Shown here: piece by piece, positions 60,814 to 64,000 of the stretch
Layout of the letters: each line of letters starts with the position of its first letter
How positions within the stretch are numbered: the first letter of the stretch is position 1
Assembly (NCBI GenBank): GCA_002269645.1
Contig: NIVC01000128.1
Coordinates: 156,731 to 220,730, forward strand
Direction of reading: 5' to 3'
DNA length: 64,000 nucleotides
Source of the DNA: Macrostomum lignano
Lineage: Eukaryota
Program-made: the position numbers and the translations under genes
The notes under the pieces: generated by a model
Database searches by the model: none
Told to the model about the DNA's origin: nothing
What the model saw: the letters and a program-made list of their open reading frames with translations, nothing else

Positions 60814-63800
60814 ATGGATTACCTGGTAGTTTTCAAACAGGTGCAAACATAAAACTAAAAAGCAAAGTAGCTAGCTTCATTGATAGATTGAGACGATTGC
60901 AGTTTCTTTGCCAGGGCCGCCGCAATGTGAGAGTGAATGCTTTCTCCACAGACTAAATCAGATTTGGGCTCTGAAGATCTGAGCAGACTCGAACAAGCAG
61001 GGAAGAAGTGAAGAAGTTCTTGTTCTGAGACAAGATCTGATGAGATGCCGAGCACTGTTCAGCTTCATTGGTCTTCCCGTTGCACTCACATCTCCCCCAT
61101 CTCTCTCTTTTCTTGATCTCTTCTCTCCGAACTCCTTAGCACATTCTGTCTGGATTCTGTTTGGTATCTCCCCCGACTGCGTCCCCTGGGAGAAATAAGC
61201 GGGACCAGTCGGGTCCGATGAGGTTCTTCTTCCTATAGCCACTGCCTCATGTCATGTCTGGCCGGTTGGCTGCGTGGGCTTTGACCCATCCGGAATCCAT
61301 GAGAGCAATCTGCCATATAGGCTCCCTCCCTGGAGTGCTTCTGCGATTGATTCGCTTTAACTTCATAATATTGATTATCGAGCGTTCCCGTTGGTGACTA
61401 CGTGTATTTAATTCTGCATGGCTACACTTCACATTAGGGGTAAAAATTCTCCCAAGGACAAAGGACAATAATCGGAATTAAAACTTTTGCAAAATTTTTG
61501 CAACAAAAATTAAATATTGGCGCGCATTGATTGGGGCAGCTTGTCTCGAAGACTAATGATCAAGTTTTTCCGCCTTGAGCACTCGATCCAAGTTCCTGTT
61601 GTTGGTAATAGCAATAATTATGCAGTAACGATGGCCATTGCAGAGATGAAGCTTCCTGTGAAAGCCAACTTCTGTAGCGTGAAGGACACCGAATATATGG
61701 ATTTGGGCACTGTGCATTGAATTGAGCCTGGAGTGAGCAGAGTGCAAAAGTATAAAGTGTATGAAATTTGTTTTTTTCGCGGGAATGAAACGCTATTCTT
61801 ATGGAATGTCAAGTTATCAGGGTTTACTTTGTGTAAACAATTGCATGTAAAAATACTGGCTAATGTAAGTAGCGTAACTATTAATTCAACTAAAGACAGC
61901 AAGTTTTGGTAGAAGCCTCACATTAGAATTAACATGCTACCTGCTAAGGCTGCCTAATTGACCAAAAATCACAATGCACCGTTGTACGTACACACGTAGA
62001 ACCCGATGAAGCAGTTAAGATAGCATAGAAGTTTGACAAAGCCTTCGTAGAGTGGATCTGCACTCATGCGTGACCACGTACTCGACCCAGCTAGTAATTT
62101 CAGTACATAAAAGCTTAAATTTTTATTATGTTGGATCCAGCAGGCTGAGTATATTGTACAATTAAAGCATGGGCAAACAGATTGGCAACGCCGCTACGTG
62201 CACGCAACATGGCTACTTGAGTAGTCCGTGAGTAGAGGGCATAGTAACGAGAAGTCGCGCAAAGGCCTTTACTTTGCGATAGGCAAATGGAGACATGGTC
62301 TCCAGAACGGCCTGGAGATGGAGTCGATGGTGAACACGTATGAAATACATGAAGTGCACCACAATATTCGAATGGAGTCAATTATTGCATTGCCGGTCGA
62401 AATCGAAACGCTACAACTAACATTTAGCATTAAGTTGCATACTAACTTGAAGACATATGTATAATGTAAGTTTTGTAATTTATAAAGCAACTTGCTTAAT
62501 TAAAAACGTAATTTGCAACTACATGCTATGGCAACATATATGTGTGCAAGGGCTTTCAAATTAATTCGCTGACGACACGAGTTCGGCGCAAAGAATAACT
62601 TATTAGCATTTTATCATAATTTAGTGGTGATTTATCACCAATACTTTGTAATTCTGCATTGCAGAATGAAATCTGCGACGATAAAGCGTCAGTAACATAT
62701 GATACATTTGCTGCTTTGCATGCTAATTGCTGTAGTACTCGTACATGCACGTACATGTACATGTACATCATGTAGTCAATGCAGCAAGAAGATGCAGCCA
62801 CAAAAAAATTAGGAGAGCAAGCATGTACTGATAATGTGAACTCGATTGGAATCATTTTAGATGGAAAAATGGTAGTTAGAAAGACAAAGTAACTATAACA
62901 AAATGAAACTAGTTTAAATAAAATAAATTCTCTAATAACTATTAAAACCAAATTATTGTTTTTAAACAATATTTCTAACTTAAAGAAATGAAAGAAATTT
63001 CAAATGTGTTTCGATTTAAAAAATTAAAAATAAACCGAGTGGACCGCGCCCGCATAGAAAATTGAAGCCATATTCCTAGTTTAAAATCACTCTATTCTTC
63101 CATGTTAGCCAGCCAATCAGGTAAGTCGGAAGACGTTCCTAGTTTAAGTAGGAAGACGGAAGAATTGTTTAATTTAATGAGCGTCGCGAAAATTTAGGAG
63201 TTACGTCCGAATTTATCTACTGCGGTTAGTAGTGCGCAAAGTTTTTTGCAGTAGTAGTAAATGTGGAATTTCATATTTAGAAACCCTGACGCCAAATCTC
63301 AGCCGTTTTTTGCCCGCCGTAGCAATGCTAGCTCTCACACTATTAAATTTAACAAAAGTATAACTCTTATCACGGATACGAGTCTGTTTAATGACAAAAA
63401 CTTAGAATTTTTTCTTAATTTTTATACGGTCTCCAATCTTGATTATTTCTTTATTTAATTTTAACCATAACGCCAAGAAAAATGAACAGTGATCAGTTGG
63501 AGATGCGCGTGGGAAAGAGCGAATGCGTGAATGTATTCACAATATGTCTATAAGTAGAAACTGAAGAAAATAAGAAATAAAAAGCAGTGTGTTTTGGGAA
63601 TCGCATTTATATCCAAAAAATTTTATGTTATAAGTTTTTTTTGTAAATGAATGCAGTTAGCTGACACACTTAGCTTCTAGGGGGCGAGCAGCTCGTCGAG
63701 TAAATCGCCGCGCGACAGCTAGAGTCTTCGCCATTTCAAGCTGGGCCTCAGTACTGGCGGAGGATTGTCGATCAATAGCGTACACAGGAAATACATTGAA

Positions 63801-64000
63801 AAATCGGCCTCCAATGAAATTTTCACCAATTCTGAGTCTTGCGTCCCTTCTACTTAGGTAGTCCTTGCATATAGAAGCCGGAGTCGCATGCAAGAGCATC
63901 ACGACTGAAATATGATAATAAACAGCAAATATAAATGTGCCGTTGAAGTTTAACTTTTATAAATGGCGAACCTTTTAGTGCGCTTTTATTATTATACAAT

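Noticed and set aside
61517-63902. Short ORFs at 61517-61720, 62228-62464 and 63657-63902
   Set aside because: No recognisable domain or splice chain; needs tBLASTn/HMM search.

Overview
Eukaryotic (animal, invertebrate) genomic DNA with spliceosomal introns and a very high minisatellite and transposon load. The style fits a repeat-rich flatworm genome such as a macrostomid, but that is inference only. No prokaryotic features, CRISPR array or rRNA were found. Three host genes can be reconstructed with in-frame splice sites. (1) The 3' end of an NAD-dependent glycerol-3-phosphate dehydrogenase (1-1256, +). (2) A 36.5-kb, 8-exon, 426-aa GPI-anchored three-Ig-domain adhesion protein of IgLON/lachesin/DIP type (8936-45414, +); its 16.4-kb intron 2 uses a GC donor. 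(3) A 3-exon, ~732-aa DEG/ENaC channel subunit (54980-51679, -). Mobile DNA: two Crypton-type tyrosine-recombinase (YR) elements, each bracketed by a 12-bp inverted repeat with the same CCATAGACAA core, one with a spliceosomal intron inside the catalytic VTGH motif; an 8.3-kb TIR-bounded, chromodomain-encoding element inserted in a (TCTG)n microsatellite, with a satellite-associated exon triplication; a young 4.17-kb Mag-like Gypsy LTR element with 141-bp LTRs and a TAGCT TSD inside a minisatellite; two LINE RT relics, one with a 17x39-bp in-frame expansion; a full-length tRNA-derived SINE plus fragments; and two hAT-type MITEs. About 25 tandem arrays explain most long ORFs in the supplied track, which are artefacts.
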